NCBI GenBank assembly: GCA_963805625.1 | Contig: CAWDVE010000017.1 | Location: 640,001-704,000 of the forward strand | Origin: an uncultured Candidatus Rokubacteria bacterium | GTDB taxonomy: Bacteria > Methylomirabilota > Methylomirabilia > Rokubacteriales > DASRDR01 | DNA: 64,000 nt | Direction: 5' to 3' | Shown: piece by piece, positions 10,936-21,869 of the stretch | Position numbering within the stretch: the stretch's first letter is position 1 | How the letters are laid out: the number at the start of each line of letters is the position of its first letter | Notes under the pieces: model-generated | Databases searched by the model: none | What the model was told of the DNA's origin: nothing | Seen by the model: only the letters and a program-made list of their open reading frames with translations | Program-made: the position numbers and the translations under genes

Positions 10936-12555
10936 TCAGGCGCGGCGGATGCGGTCGATCTCTCGATCGAATCCCGGGAGAATGGCCTGGAAGAACGCGT
11001 TCTGGATCAGCCGGACGATGGTTTCCGCGGTGCTGGTCTGCGGGTTTTCGATGCGGCCGCTGACCGAGGTCTTCGTGGCGACCTCGTCCCGGGGCGCGTT
11101 CTCGAGGAGCTTCGCCACGCCGCCGACCAGGCCCTCGTAGAGTTTCCGGAAGAGACTCTTGTCACGGTCCTGGCGCTCGTCATAGACGTCCATGTCGCGG
11201 AACAGAGGCTTCACGTACCCCACAATCTGCCGATCTTTGATACGCAGCTGCGAATAGAAGGAGAACCAGCCGCCCTTCACGTCGAACTTCCCGTAGGTGC
11301 GCAGAAGCTCGTTCATCGTGCGCATCTCCGTGTCGTCGATGCGGACGTCGATGTCGAAGTCCGGCCCTGAGGTCTCCGGACGGAACGTGGCGCGCACGAC
11401 GCTGGCCCCGCTACCCATGAACTTCCCGGTCAGCACCGCCACCGCGGTGCCCTCCGTGAAGTGGTTGCTCAGGTTCTCGAGCGCCAGGTCACCCTCTGTG
11501 ATGAAAACGCGGTAGCTCGAGGTGGTGGCCTTGTTGACGTAGCCCACACTGGCGCGGGATGCGTGGGCGCGATCGACGCGGAGCAGCAGCCCTGACACGT
11601 TCGTCGCGCGCTCGGCGGCCTTGCCGACCTTCTCCCTGATGACCCGTTCGGTTGGCGCCGTCCGCGGCGTATGGACGAAGTCGGCGTGCAGGCCATCCAG
11701 CTGTACCTCGTGCAAGTGCAGCATCTTGAACCAGGGAGCGTACTCGACCTCGCCGGCCGCCGACATCGTGCCTTCGTTCAGAATGAGGTTGTAGCGGGCT
11801 GCGATCGGCTTGAAGTAGTCGAGGGCCACGCGCTCGAGGGCCAGGGTGGCGCGCAGCCCCGGATGCGGCTCAGCGAGAAAGTCGGCGCGGCCATCGAGCA
11901 CGAGCCTCCCGGAGTCGAAGACGATGGCCTCCAGCCAGAGGCTGGAGGGGTACGTATGGTCCTGCAGGCGGATGTTCCGGATGTTCTCGGCTCGGAACGT
12001 GACCTGCCGGAGGTGCAACGGGCGACCGCTATCCTCCACGTAGGTCAGGTCTCCTTCGGCCACCCGGAGCACGTTGATCTTGAAGGGGTAGATCGCCTCG
12101 AGCGCTTCCTGCCATCCCCGGGTCTGGACGGGCACCGGGTCTTCCGCCTCGGTCTTGAGCTGCCGGCGGTTGACGTTGATGATCGGCCGGTCGATCAGGA
12201 AGTCGGCGACGAGGTGGCCACGCGCGAGCTGTCTCCACTGGATGCTCGCGCTGAGCCTCGGGATCCGCGCCACGGGAGGATCCGGATTGAGATCCTGGAT
12301 CACGACCAGATCGAGAAGATCGACCGAGCCTCCCATGACGTGGAAATCGAGTCCGCGCAGGGTGACGGCGTATCCGCGCAACCGCTCGTTCAGCCGGTGC
12401 TCCGTCTGGCGGCGGAGCGGCTCGTCGAGGAGGCGATCGAGTGCCGCAAGCGTGAGGGCGATCACCGCGACGGGGATGACGAGCCACTTCCAGCGCCGCC
12501 GTCCGAACCCGGCGGCGCTCCACGCGCCGGCGGACGGTGCTTCACCATCGTCCAC
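10936..12555 (-). CDS. DUF748 domain protein (AsmA-like repeated beta structure)
   Basis: N-terminal TM anchor; GYVKPLF, LYEGLVG, DEVAT, IQNAFFQAILPGF C-terminal motifs. The start is uncertain (ORF open to 12684). Confidence 0.8.
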   Translation of the reverse strand: MDDGEAPSAGAWSAAGFGRRRWKWLVIPVAVIALTLAALDRLLDEPLRRQTEHRLNERLRGYAVTLRGLDFHVMGGSVDLLDLVVIQDLNPDPPVARIPRLSASIQWRQLARGHLVADFLIDRPIINVNRRQLKTEAEDPVPVQTRGWQEALEAIYPFKINVLRVAEGDLTYVEDSGRPLHLRQVTFRAENIRNIRLQDHTYPSSLWLEAIVFDSGRLVLDGRADFLAEPHPGLRATLALERVALDYFKPIAARYNLILNEGTMSAAGEVEYAPWFKMLHLHEVQLDGLHADFVHTPRTAPTERVIREKVGKAAERATNVSGLLLRVDRAHASRASVGYVNKATTSSYRVFITEGDLALENLSNHFTEGTAVAVLTGKFMGSGASVVRATFRPETSGPDFDIDVRIDDTEMRTMNELLRTYGKFDVKGGWFSFYSQLRIKDRQIVGYVKPLFRDMDVYDERQDRDKSLFRKLYEGLVGGVAKLLENAPRDEVATKTSVSGRIENPQTSTAETIVRLIQNAFFQAILPGFDREIDRIRRA

Positions 12556-12592
12556 CCATTCGGGCCTCCCGGCGCTCGACGGCGATCGAGCC

Positions 12593-13015
12593 TCAGGCGG
12601 CTTCGAGGGGAATCTCGCGCGGGAGTTTGCGGACCAGGATCGCGTCTTGACGGGCTCGACGCTCCACCTGCCCTTGGCAGTCACGGCAACGCAAGGCGAA
12701 GGGAAGCGCGCGAAGACGAGGCAGACCGATGAACGCGTCGCACTCCTGACAGAAGCCGTACCGGCCGTCAGATAGCCGCGCGAGCGCGTCCTGGATCTGG
12801 ACGACCTGTTGAGTCCGCTGATCCATGAGAGTCACCTGGATCTCCGTGTGGAGGGTCTCCGCGGCATGGACGGAGATGTCCGTCAGGCTCGTGCTCTCGG
12901 CGGTCCGGGCCTCCGTGACGACGGCCCGCAAGGACCCCTGAAGGCGTGTCAGCTCGTCCCGCAGGAACCGCTCCAGCTCAGCGATGATGCGCCGATCGAG
13001 CTTCACTGGGCTCAT
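12593..13015 (-). CDS. TraR/DksA C4-type zinc finger protein
   Basis: Coiled coil plus GRYGFCQEC...RLRALPFALRCRDCQ; AAGGAG RBS before ATG 13015. Confidence 0.88.
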   Translation of the reverse strand: MSPVKLDRRIIAELERFLRDELTRLQGSLRAVVTEARTAESTSLTDISVHAAETLHTEIQVTLMDQRTQQVVQIQDALARLSDGRYGFCQECDAFIGLPRLRALPFALRCRDCQGQVERRARQDAILVRKLPREIPLEAA

Positions 13016-13554
13016 GTCTGATCTCCTTCTCCCATGCCTGGGGCGGACGTGCGCATTCGGCGGGGCCGGTCGGGACGCAGGTCGCGCGGCCCTGCCTTCG
13101 AAGAAGGCTTCGACGCCGGCGACGAGGGCGGGCACGAGCGCTCGCTCCGCCGCGTCGGCGACGTCGTCGATCATCCGGTTCACCAGCCCTTCGATGCGCG
13201 AGCCGAGCTTCTGCCACGAGGCGGTGATCGCCGCGAGGTGGTCGACTTGCGGCTCCAGCCGCGCCGGGATCCGGGCAACGGTATCCATGCCCGCGGCGGC
13301 AGATGTCCACTGACGTCCGTTGGCTGCTGGTGGCCGTTGCGTTGGATCCCGCGCGCGATTCGGCGGCCGACGGCGACCCCGAGCAGGGCGGCCGCCGCCA
13401 GGATCGTGGCGGGGTATCGCTCGACGTAGGTCTGCCACTGCATGGCCTCACCCGCTTTCCAGCGCAGCTCGCCTGCCGTCCGGGAGATGGAGGCGCGAGT
13501 CGCCTCGATGTCACGGCGCAGACGGTCGATGTCTACACTCCGTTGCGAATCCAT
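13012..13554 (-). CDS. DUF3618 domain protein (frameshifted near 13320)
   Basis: IDRLRRDIEATRASISRTAGEL...YVERYP plus a TM segment, continuing in the adjacent frame. The end is inferred. Confidence 0.72.
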
Positions 13555-13913
13555 TCCGCGTCCCTTCGCAGCTCGCGGACCGTCTCTCGGGCGAGCCGCT
13601 GGCGTTCCAGGCTCCTGATCGCCAGGAGGCCGAGTCCCACGCCGGTCACGACGAGACCTCCGCCGACGATGGCCAGACCTCCTGGCGTCGAGCCGACGAG
13701 ATGTCCGACCCACAGTCCCAGGGCGAGCAGCAGGAAGGCGACTCCGACGCCCGCTCCGACGACCCCCGCGACCAGCACGCCGACGTTCTTCGCGGCGCGC
13801 GTCGCCTCCTGCGTGAGCTCGGCCCTGAGGAGCTCGAGCCGCTGATCGATGAGCCGGCGGAGGTCGGCGACGAGTCGGGTCGCCAGCTCCAAGAGGCTTA
13901 CCGATTCGCCCAC
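13533..13913 (-). CDS. YqjE-like membrane protein (Phage_holin_3_6 family)
   Basis: SLLELATRLVADLRRLIDQRLELLRAEL, two TM helices, and ETVRELRRDAEWI. Confidence 0.82.
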   Translation of the reverse strand: MGESVSLLELATRLVADLRRLIDQRLELLRAELTQEATRAAKNVGVLVAGVVGAGVGVAFLLLALGLWVGHLVGSTPGGLAIVGGGLVVTGVGLGLLAIRSLERQRLARETVRELRRDAEWIRNGV

Positions 13914-13954
13914 GCGTCGGGTCGTCACGGGCGCCCTCGTCGCCCTCTGGAGCG

Positions 13955-14338
13955 TCAGCGACGGCCCGCGGCGCTCAGCCAGCCGAGCACGAGCCCGGCG
14001 CCTGCCGCGATGAGCAGCGCGGTCATCGGTTGCTCGCCGCGTATACCCCACGACGTCGTGCCGCACCTTCTCCACGCCGCCGTCGCGGTACTCGCTCATC
14101 TTGTCGCGAGCCTGCTGAACGGCGTCCCCGACGTACTCCCGGGCGCCTTCGACGTACTCCTTCGTCTGCTCCACGGCCCCCTGGACGTAATCCTTCGCCT
14201 CGGTGGCGTAGTCCTTGGATCGCCCTTGGCGCCGTGCATGCGCTGGCGAGCGGTGTCGGCGAGGTCGCGCATCCGGACCTCGCCACTCGCCCACCGGCGC
14301 CTCTCTGCGACGTTTCCTCAGCGAACGCGATCTTCCAT
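13955..14338 (-). CDS. DUF883 / ElaB-YqjD family tail-anchored protein (frameshifted)
   Basis: AGGAGG RBS; helical repeats (AKDYVQGAVEQTKEYV); C-terminal EQPMTALLIAAGAGLVLGWLS lies in a shifted frame. Confidence 0.8.
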
Positions 14339-14380
14339 GGTGTCCTCCTGGTCCGAGATTGCTTCGTTGCCACGGACTTA

Positions 14381-14396
14381 CGCGAGCCGTGTGCCA
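14381..14396 (-). promoter_or_regulatory. sigma54 -24/-12 promoter
   Basis: Minus strand TGGCAC-ACGGC-TCGCG, upstream of the DUF883 operon. Confidence 0.7.
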
Positions 14397-14454
14397 CGTC
14401 GCGACGATCGGCGCCCCGCGATCACGCCATGCCGCAGCGTACGAGCCGGCCGCG

Positions 14455-14486
14455 GTGTCATGTGTCGTGACGCTGACAGCGTGACG
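14455..14486. promoter_or_regulatory. 32-bp palindromic enhancer candidate, copy 4 (between divergent promoters)
   Basis: gTGTCA-tg-TGTCGT-gacg-CTGACA-gcg-TGACG, about 101 and 112 bp from the two predicted start sites. Confidence 0.68.
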
Positions 14487-14555
14487 TCGGAAGTGCATCG
14501 CGATCGGAGGATTCGATCCGGGCGACGGCGACGGGCGAACCACGATCGAGGACCG

Positions 14556-14571
14556 AGGCACATGCCTTGCA
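14556..14571 (+). promoter_or_regulatory. sigma54 -24/-12 promoter
   Basis: AGGCAC-ATGCC-TTGCA. Confidence 0.78.
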
Positions 14572-14641
14572 CTCAGGAACCCACAGCGGCGACCCGGGGA
14601 GGAGCCGCAGAGCTTCGGCATCACCGCAAGGAGGAAGACAG

Positions 14642-15019
14642 ATGAACAAGAAGGGGGCCGATCGCCGACCGGACGAGAAGCCGGCGGAGCAGGGACAGGG
14701 CAAGCACGATCCCAGCACGCCGGAGTCTGGGCGGCGGATGACCGAGGTTTCCGAGGCCAGCAAGAATTCGGGAAGGCCGAGGGTCATCCCATCGACAAGC
14801 AGGTCTCCAGGCCCGGAAGGGCGGGGCGGGGGGAAGGACATCCTCGAGGGCGATCGGAGCGACCGGGAGTCGGGGCGCCCCATCCAGCTCGAGGATGACG
14901 ACGAGAGCGAGATCGTCTACCCGGCCAGCCCGGGCGGGCTGATGCGCGGCGTGGTCTGCGGCCGTCCTCAGGGGGTCGCGAGATCGGAAGCCTTGCGAGG
15001 CCGAGAAGACCAGCGCTGA
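14642..15019 (+). CDS. Hydrophilic low-complexity hypothetical protein (hydrophilin-like)
   Basis: AGGAGG RBS; MNKKGADRRPDEKPAEQGQGKHDPSTPESG; rich in charged residues, Gly and Pro. The 3' frame is uncertain. Confidence 0.6.
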   Translation: MNKKGADRRPDEKPAEQGQGKHDPSTPESGRRMTEVSEASKNSGRPRVIPSTSRSPGPEGRGGGKDILEGDRSDRESGRPIQLEDDDESEIVYPASPGGLMRGVVCGRPQGVARSEALRGREDQR

Positions 15020-15038
15020 TCCTCGTTCGGTATGGGTG

Positions 15039-15089
15039 CTGAAACGCGACGGCCCTGGCGGATCTTCCTCCAGGGCCGTTTCGTTTCAG
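15039..15089. terminator. Bidirectional intrinsic terminator between convergent genes
   Basis: Stem ctgaaacg..acggccctgg / ccagggccgt..cgtttcag. Confidence 0.7.
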
Positions 15090-15098
15090 GGGGCCGCG

Positions 15099-15245
15099 TC
15101 AGATACGTCCGTCAGGAACAGGATCAGCAGGATGATGAGGACCAAGCCCAGCCCGCCGCTGGGGAAGTAACCCCAGCCCTGCTGTGGGGCCACGTCGGCA
15201 GGCCCTGACGATCAGGATTAGCAGGATCAGCAGAAGGGTCATCAT
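15099..15245 (-). CDS. DUF3309 family small membrane protein (frameshifted)
   Basis: MMTLLLILLILIV..LPTWPHS.GWGYFPSGGLGLVLIILLILFLTGRI when read across indels. Confidence 0.8.
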   Translation of the reverse strand: MMTLLLILLILIVRACRRGPTAGLGLLPQRRAGLGPHHPADPVPDGRI

Positions 15246-15325
15246 CGGTCTCACCTCCCTGTGCCACGGTTCGCCCGACGGGCCGTCTGGCCGCGAGGAC
15301 GGGACGGCCTGCTCTCCGGAGGGAC

Positions 15326-15629
15326 CTACTGGACCTTCAGGTTGTTGACGACCTCGTGGACCCCCGAGACCTCGCGCGCGAGCTCGGTTGCCCGCGCCTT
15401 GAGGGCCGGGTTGTCGACGTTGCCGGTGAGGTAGACGGTGCCCTTGTTCGTGTCGACGTCGACCTTCGTCAGGGTCGCGGGCTTCTCGCCGGCGAGCTTG
15501 CTCTTCACCGACGCGGTGATCTTGGCGTCGTCGACGCTCGCCGGCCGACTTGCCCGTCATCGCCGTGCAGCCGGCGGTGACGGCCACCAGCATGGCCAGC
15601 ACGAGCACGGAACGGAACAGGTGTCGCAT
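15326..15629 (-). CDS. BON domain lipoprotein (frameshift near 15540)
   Basis: Lipobox TAGC; DDAKITASVKSKL...VDVDTNKGTVYLTG...GVHEVVNNLKV. Confidence 0.88.
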
Positions 15630-15688
15630 GTGTGTCACCTTCCTCTTTCTCTTTGGTCTCCTTCGGTTGTTGAAGCGCGGCGCGCGCC

Positions 15689-15927
15689 CTACTGTCGGCT
15701 TGAGCCGGCCGGCGCGAAGGCGTCGCCGCGTCGATCTCACGGAACCGTCGCGCCACCTCGTCCTCCGCATCACGCTTGGCCCAGCCGTACTTCTCCTGGA
15801 GCCTGCCGACGAGCTTGTCCTTCTTGCCGTCGATCACGTCGAAGTCATCGTCGGTAAGCCTGCCCCACCATTCCTTCATCTGACCGCGCATCTGCTTCCA
15901 CTTCCCTTCCATGATGTCCGCGTTCAC
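15689..15927 (-). CDS. csbD: CsbD family general stress protein
   Basis: NADIMEGKWKQMRGQMKEWWGRLTDDD...GRLQEKYG; AGGAGG RBS and GTG start. The stop is inferred across an indel. Confidence 0.88.
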
Positions 15928-16006
15928 TTGTGCCTCCTGTCTTGACATGGCCGCGCCGCGCGTGCGGACCGCGCGACGCGGTTTGCTGAGTCCCTGGGAA
16001 TGCTGT

Positions 16007-16022
16007 AGCAACTTAGTTGCCC
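16007..16022 (-). promoter_or_regulatory. sigma54 -24/-12 promoter
   Basis: Minus strand GGGCAA-CTAAG-TTGCT, upstream of csbD-BON-DUF3309. Confidence 0.72.
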
Positions 16023-16135
16023 GTTCCCGCGAACCTGGAACCGGTCGGACACGAAACTCTCGATATGCCCAGCACATGGGCGAGTCTCAACGGCGGCCAT
16101 GTCTCGATGACGCACGCGTCGATCCCACTCGAAAT

Positions 16136-16167
16136 AGTCATGTCGTCGCGCCGGTGACACCATGACG
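16136..16167. promoter_or_regulatory. 32-bp palindromic enhancer candidate, copy 5
   Basis: AGTCA-tgt-CGTCGC-gccg-GTGACA-cca-TGACG, about 156 bp upstream of the predicted start site. Confidence 0.68.
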
Positions 16168-16246
16168 ACGTGGTGAACGGCCCTGGCGTGGCTGCCTCCG
16201 CACCGTTGTCGTGATGGGCACTGGCCTGGAAAGTCCCGCGCGCCGG

Positions 16247-17957
16247 TCAGCGCAGAGCGAGCCGCCGCCGCGGTCGGCTCGGGCACCCGCCGGAGCAACG
16301 CCAGCTCCTGGAGCTGGGCGCACGCATCCGCGAGGCTCACGGTCACTCGGTCGGCTCCCGCCGCCACCATGGCGTCACGGGCAGCCTCGTCGCCTCCGTC
16401 GGCGCCCCACCACCCCACCACGATCGGAAGGTCGGGGAAGCGCGCGCGCAGGCGCTTGCAGAGGTACCGGAGATGCAAAGGGTGGCCCGCACCCGCCAAG
16501 GCGCCGATGAGGACCGTCGCCGGCGCGCGAGCCTCCACGACCGCAATGGCCTCGCTGACCAGGAGATCGGGCGAGGCGACGTCCACGGTGAAGCGACTGG
16601 GATCGAGGCGTTGCCTCAGCATCTGTAGGGCGATCTCATCTGCCTCCTCGTGCGCGGGAAGACCGAGGACGGAGGTGGCCGGGCGGAGCGCCGGTTCGGC
16701 CGGCGGCTCCGAGAGGTCGAGCTCCTCGATGAGCTCACGGGTCGTCCGCTCGACGAAGCGCGCGTCCACATCCGTGATGCGGCCCCGCCCGTGGTCGCGT
16801 TGCGCGTGGTTGAGGGCGGGCACGAGGACCTCGTCGTAGACGTCCTGACCCGGGTGCGACGCGACGTAGTCTTGGACCAGCGTCGCCGCCTCGCTCTCGT
16901 CTCGGGCCACCAGGCGTTGGTAGTAGCTCCGGGCCGGCCCCATGACGGGCTCGTCCGACATGAGGACGGACACGATCTCCAGATCTGGCACGTACTTCGC
17001 GAGGACCACGAGGCAGACGGTCAGCGGCGTCGCCAGCGCGAGCCCGACCGGCCCCAGACCCACGTCCAGAAGGCCACCGCCACCAGGAGCCCCACCTGGG
17101 ACACGCCGGCACTCTGGCTGTAGAGATACGTCTCCAGGACAAGATTGGAGAAGAGCTCGAGCGCGACGAAAAGCCCCGCGATCAGGACCGGCTGGAGCCA
17201 GCCGTCGAACACCGCGAGACCGACGAGCGAGACGATGAGGGCGGCCGCCCAGGGGCCGACGTACGGGATGAAGCGGAGGACCGCGGCTAGGGAATGACGC
17301 GGATCAGGCGATCTCGCAGTTGGAGCCGCTCCAGGAGCATGAAGATCACCAGCACGAGCACCAGGCCGACATTGCCGAGCGCGCCCAGCACGACGGGAAG
17401 CTGCCAGAAGGCCGAGGCCTGGGGCTTCACCACCACGGGCACGGGCTTCTCGGCCGGCTTGACCGGCTTGTCTTCCTTTTGGAGTTCTTCGACGACCTCC
17501 TTCGTGGCCGATTGCACCTTCTCGATCACGCCGCCCCGGCTCGCCCCGCGGACCTCGGCGATCTTCTGCTTGAGGTTGTCCCGATAGCTCGGGATCTCTT
17601 CGCCAAGGCTGGCGGCCTGGAGCGCGAGCGCCCAGGTGAAGGCGCCCAGGACCGAGAACGTCAGGATCACGACGAGGACGACCGCCGCGGCGCGGGGTAA
17701 CCGTCGCTCGAACACGCGGACGATCGGGTTCAGGACGAAGGTGAGGAGGCCCGCGACCGCCAGGGGGACCAGAAACCCGCGCCCGAGGTAGAGGGCGCCG
17801 ACGGTCATCAGCACGCCGGCCAGCAAGATGACCGACCGGACCCACGGAGGGCGGGAGCCTGCCCGCGGCTGGCTCCGATGCCGTGGCCCCGTGTTGGGAC
17901 CGCCTGTGGCTCGGTACTGGCAGCGCGGCGACCTGAAGGGGACACGGATTCGCTCAT
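16247..17957 (-). CDS. AI-2E (PerM) family transporter with a C-terminal cytoplasmic Rossmann-like domain; frameshifts and an internal gap near 17290
   Basis: LYLGRGFLVPLAVA, LRDRLIR, LRFIPYVG, FWTWVWG, LATPLTVCLVV, YYQRL, RYLCKRLRARFP spread over three ORFs. Confidence 0.82.
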
Positions 17958-17969
17958 CTGACTGTCCGG

Positions 17970-17985
17970 TGCGAAAGCCATGCCG
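17970..17985 (-). promoter_or_regulatory. sigma54 -24/-12 promoter
   Basis: Minus strand CGGCAT-GGCTT-TCGCA; predicted +1 at about 17959, ATG at 17957. Confidence 0.65.
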
Positions 17986-18027
17986 TCACCACCCGAACGC
18001 GCAGCACGCGGTTGAGCACTTGTCGCG

Positions 18028-18059
18028 CGTCGGAGTGTCGCGGCGGCGACACCATGGCG
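18028..18059. promoter_or_regulatory. 32-bp palindromic enhancer candidate, copy 6 (between divergent promoters)
   Basis: CGTCG-gag-TGTCGC-ggcg-GCGACA-cca-TGGCG, about 85 and 122 bp from the two predicted start sites. Confidence 0.75.
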
Positions 18060-18138
18060 TGACGCGTCGCGTCGGTCGTCACGGCCGCCGCACATCGTAT
18101 ACGGCCGACATTCGAAGAGGCCGCTCCGCGCTCGCGGC

Positions 18139-18154
18139 CGGCACAGAGATTGCC
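18139..18154 (+). promoter_or_regulatory. sigma54 -24/-12 promoter
   Basis: CGGCAC-AGAGA-TTGCC. Confidence 0.78.
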
Positions 18155-18193
18155 TGTGTGAATCGGCACCCGTCGCGAGAGGAGGTGTTCGGG

Positions 18194-18299
18194 ATGCGCG
18201 CGGTGGGTCTCTACAGCCGGGGTCCCCGTGTTCTTGATCGTCGTCCTCTGGCTGTTCGGGGTCGTGGAGGTTGGGATCATGATGGTATCCATGCACTAG
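18194..18299 (+). CDS. Membrane micro-protein MRAVGLY..GVPVFLIVVLWLFGVV (indel near 18215)
   Basis: GGAGGT RBS; similar to the 24-aa peptide at 27863. Confidence 0.55.
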
Positions 18300-18358
18300 T
18301 CCGACGGGCGGGGGGCCGCCTCCGCATGTCGCCGCCGGGCGACGGGCCTGAGTGACCG

Positions 18359-19661
18359 ATGATGGGCACACCGCCGCCGCGGATGACTCTCGACGATCTG
18401 TTTCTTCGCGCCCAGGCGACGATCGACCGGATCATCCGGCGTCTCCGGCTGGGCGCCCCGCCCGTGGCCGGGTCGGCGGCGCCTCCTGATCGTCCAGATC
18501 GACGGACTCTCGCGCGCCGTCCTCGAGCAGGCACTGGCCCGGGGGCACATGCCGGTCCTCCGGCGTCTCGTCGGCCGCGACGGGCACCGGCTGCTCCCCG
18601 ATGACCGTGGGGATTCCGACGTCCACGCCGGCCTTCCACATGGCGGCGATGTACGGCGTCCAGCCGGACATTCCCGGGTTCCACTACCACGACAAGCGGC
18701 GGCGGACCGACATTCACTTCCCGCGCGGCGGCCATGCGGCGTTCGTCGAGGCCAGTCAGGCCGCGAACCGCCCGGGCATCCTGCAGGGGGCAGCGTCTAC
18801 GGGTGCGCGTTCACCGGCGGGGCGGAGCACGACTTCTTCAGCTTCGCCCGGCTCACACGCCCGCGGGTGCCGGGTCTCGTCCGGATCCTCTCGGCGTTCG
18901 TGCTGGTCGCGTGGGTCGCGGCCAAGTGCGCGGTGCTCACCGGCGGGGAGCTCATTCGGGTGCTCGGCCGTCTCGCGCGGCGCCCGAGTCAGCGCGGATC
19001 GGCGTGGAGATGGTTCACGAAGAAGGTCGGCGTGTCGGTGTGGACACGCCAGTGGTTCACGTTTGCGGTCGCCCGCGACGTCTATGACGGCGTGCCGGCG
19101 TTCTACGTCGACTACCTCCGACCACGACTGAGGCGGCCCACGCCTTCGGGCCGCGAAACCGCCGGGCCTTCGCCGGGCTCCGAGCGGTCGACCGATCACT
19201 TCGGCAGATCCGGCGCGCGCTCCGCCGCGTGCCCGAGCACATCGGTACGACCTTTATATCCTCGCGGACCACGGGCCAGGCGTCCTGCACGCCATATTCG
19301 GCGATGACCGGCGGCCGGCGGTTCGAGCGTGCGTTCTTCGACGAGGTTCTCGGGGAGGTGTCCGGCGTCAGCGCCGCGGGCGGTTCGCGTCCGAGGGCCG
19401 TCGGCGGCGGTGACCGCGGCGATCGCAGGCCGTGCGCGGAGTCTCGGCGATGGGCTTCGCGTGGTTCCAGCTCCGCGACGCTCGGGCACGGAGCACGAGG
19501 TCGCGATCCAGATCCTGGCGACCGACAAGGATCCGGGAGAGGTGGAGGTCGACCCGGGCGCGCCGCCGGCACCTCCGGACGCGTCGACGGACGACGGGAA
19601 CGCGACCAAGGAGCCTGGCTCCGGCGCGCCGATCGCCGAGGCGTCACGCCTCCACATCTGA
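18359..19661 (+). CDS. Alkaline phosphatase superfamily / type I phosphodiesterase-like protein (multiple frameshifts)
   Basis: LLIVQIDGLS, GIPTSTPAF..AMYG..PDIPGFHY, FYVDY, and a degenerate DHG motif, read across frames. Confidence 0.72.
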
Positions 19662-19730
19662 GGCGAGCGCGCCGCACAGCACGCGCGTCCCGCCCGCGCC
19701 GGGCCGGCGGGCACGGCGGGTTCACCGCCG

Positions 19731-21029
<1,299 letters not shown>

Positions 21030-21032
21030 GGA

Positions 21033-21330
21033 GTCAGGGGGCCGGATCAGGCCCGCCGGGCGCGCGATGACCGGGGGCGGCCGTCCGGGTCCACCGGCTC
21101 GGGACGCGGTCCGGAACCGGCCGCCAGCGCCCGCTCCGATCCTCCGGTGTGACGTAGGCCGTCAGCGCCACCGCGGGCACACGGCCGACCCGATCGCGGG
21201 GCAGGCCCGAACGCGCTGGATGAGCGCATAGCCGTCCTCTCGCGGCATCCCGATGTCGGACACTAGCACGTCGGGCGTCCACTGCGCGAGATGGTTGAGG
21301 GCCTGGGCGCTCCCGGCGGTGGTCCGCTCT
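21033..21330 (-). pseudogene. Receiver-domain fragment of hybrid-kinase type; N-terminus not found
   Basis: [19 protein letters not shown]...VPAVALTAY...RALAAG...PVDP across frames. Confidence 0.62.
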
Positions 21331-21359
21331 CGGCGCCGCGGAGGGCGCGTCCCGACGGC

Positions 21360-21375
21360 GGCGAATCCACGTCCA
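21360..21375 (-). promoter_or_regulatory. Possible weak sigma54 promoter (not counted in the 17)
   Basis: Minus strand TGGACG-TGGAT-TCGCC (GG-N10-GC) with no enhancer copy nearby. Confidence 0.3.
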
Positions 21376-21491
21376 CGCGCGACGTCTGACGCCCCGGCCG
21401 CGGCGTCACGGGCCGGCGCGCGCCGTCCGCTCTCGGGCCGGCCGGCCCCGAGACGGCCCGGGCCGAGGAGGAGGTCCCCGATGCCCTTCGC

Positions 21492-21869
21492 TCAGCGCCG
21501 AGTCGTGACCGGACTGGGCCGGTCCAGGAAGCCGACGGCCGCCAGGACGCCGCCGAGTACCGCGTGGAGCCAGATGTCGTGGCCCCCGAGAGGGACGAGA
21601 CCGAACCCCGTCGGCGTCAGGACCCCCACCACGGCCAGCGTGAGGTACGCGATCCCGCCGATCCGGCAGTACGCGGTTGCCCGGTTCGGAGTGCCGCCGG
21701 CGACCAGCCCCCACCCGCCGAAGGCGAGGTGCACGAGGTTATGCAGCACGTTGACGGGGAAGAGGCCGAGGAGGAGCTCGCTGGACATCGAGAACGGGGT
21801 CGTGACGAGACCGAGGACCCCGACCAGCAGGAACACGACGCCGAACGCGCGCGCCGTCGTCTGAGTCAT
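21492..21869 (-). CDS. DUF4383 domain membrane protein
   Basis: FGVVFLLVGVLG, LLGLFPVNVLHNLVHL, DIWLH. Confidence 0.85.
   Translation of the reverse strand: MTQTTARAFGVVFLLVGVLGLVTTPFSMSSELLLGLFPVNVLHNLVHLAFGGWGLVAGGTPNRATAYCRIGGIAYLTLAVVGVLTPTGFGLVPLGGHDIWLHAVLGGVLAAVGFLDRPSPVTTRR

Noticed and set aside
13533-13913. Holin-family match suggesting a prophage
   Set aside because: It is the YqjE-like member of the DUF883-YqjE-DUF3618 trio. No phage structural, lysis or integrase genes are visible.
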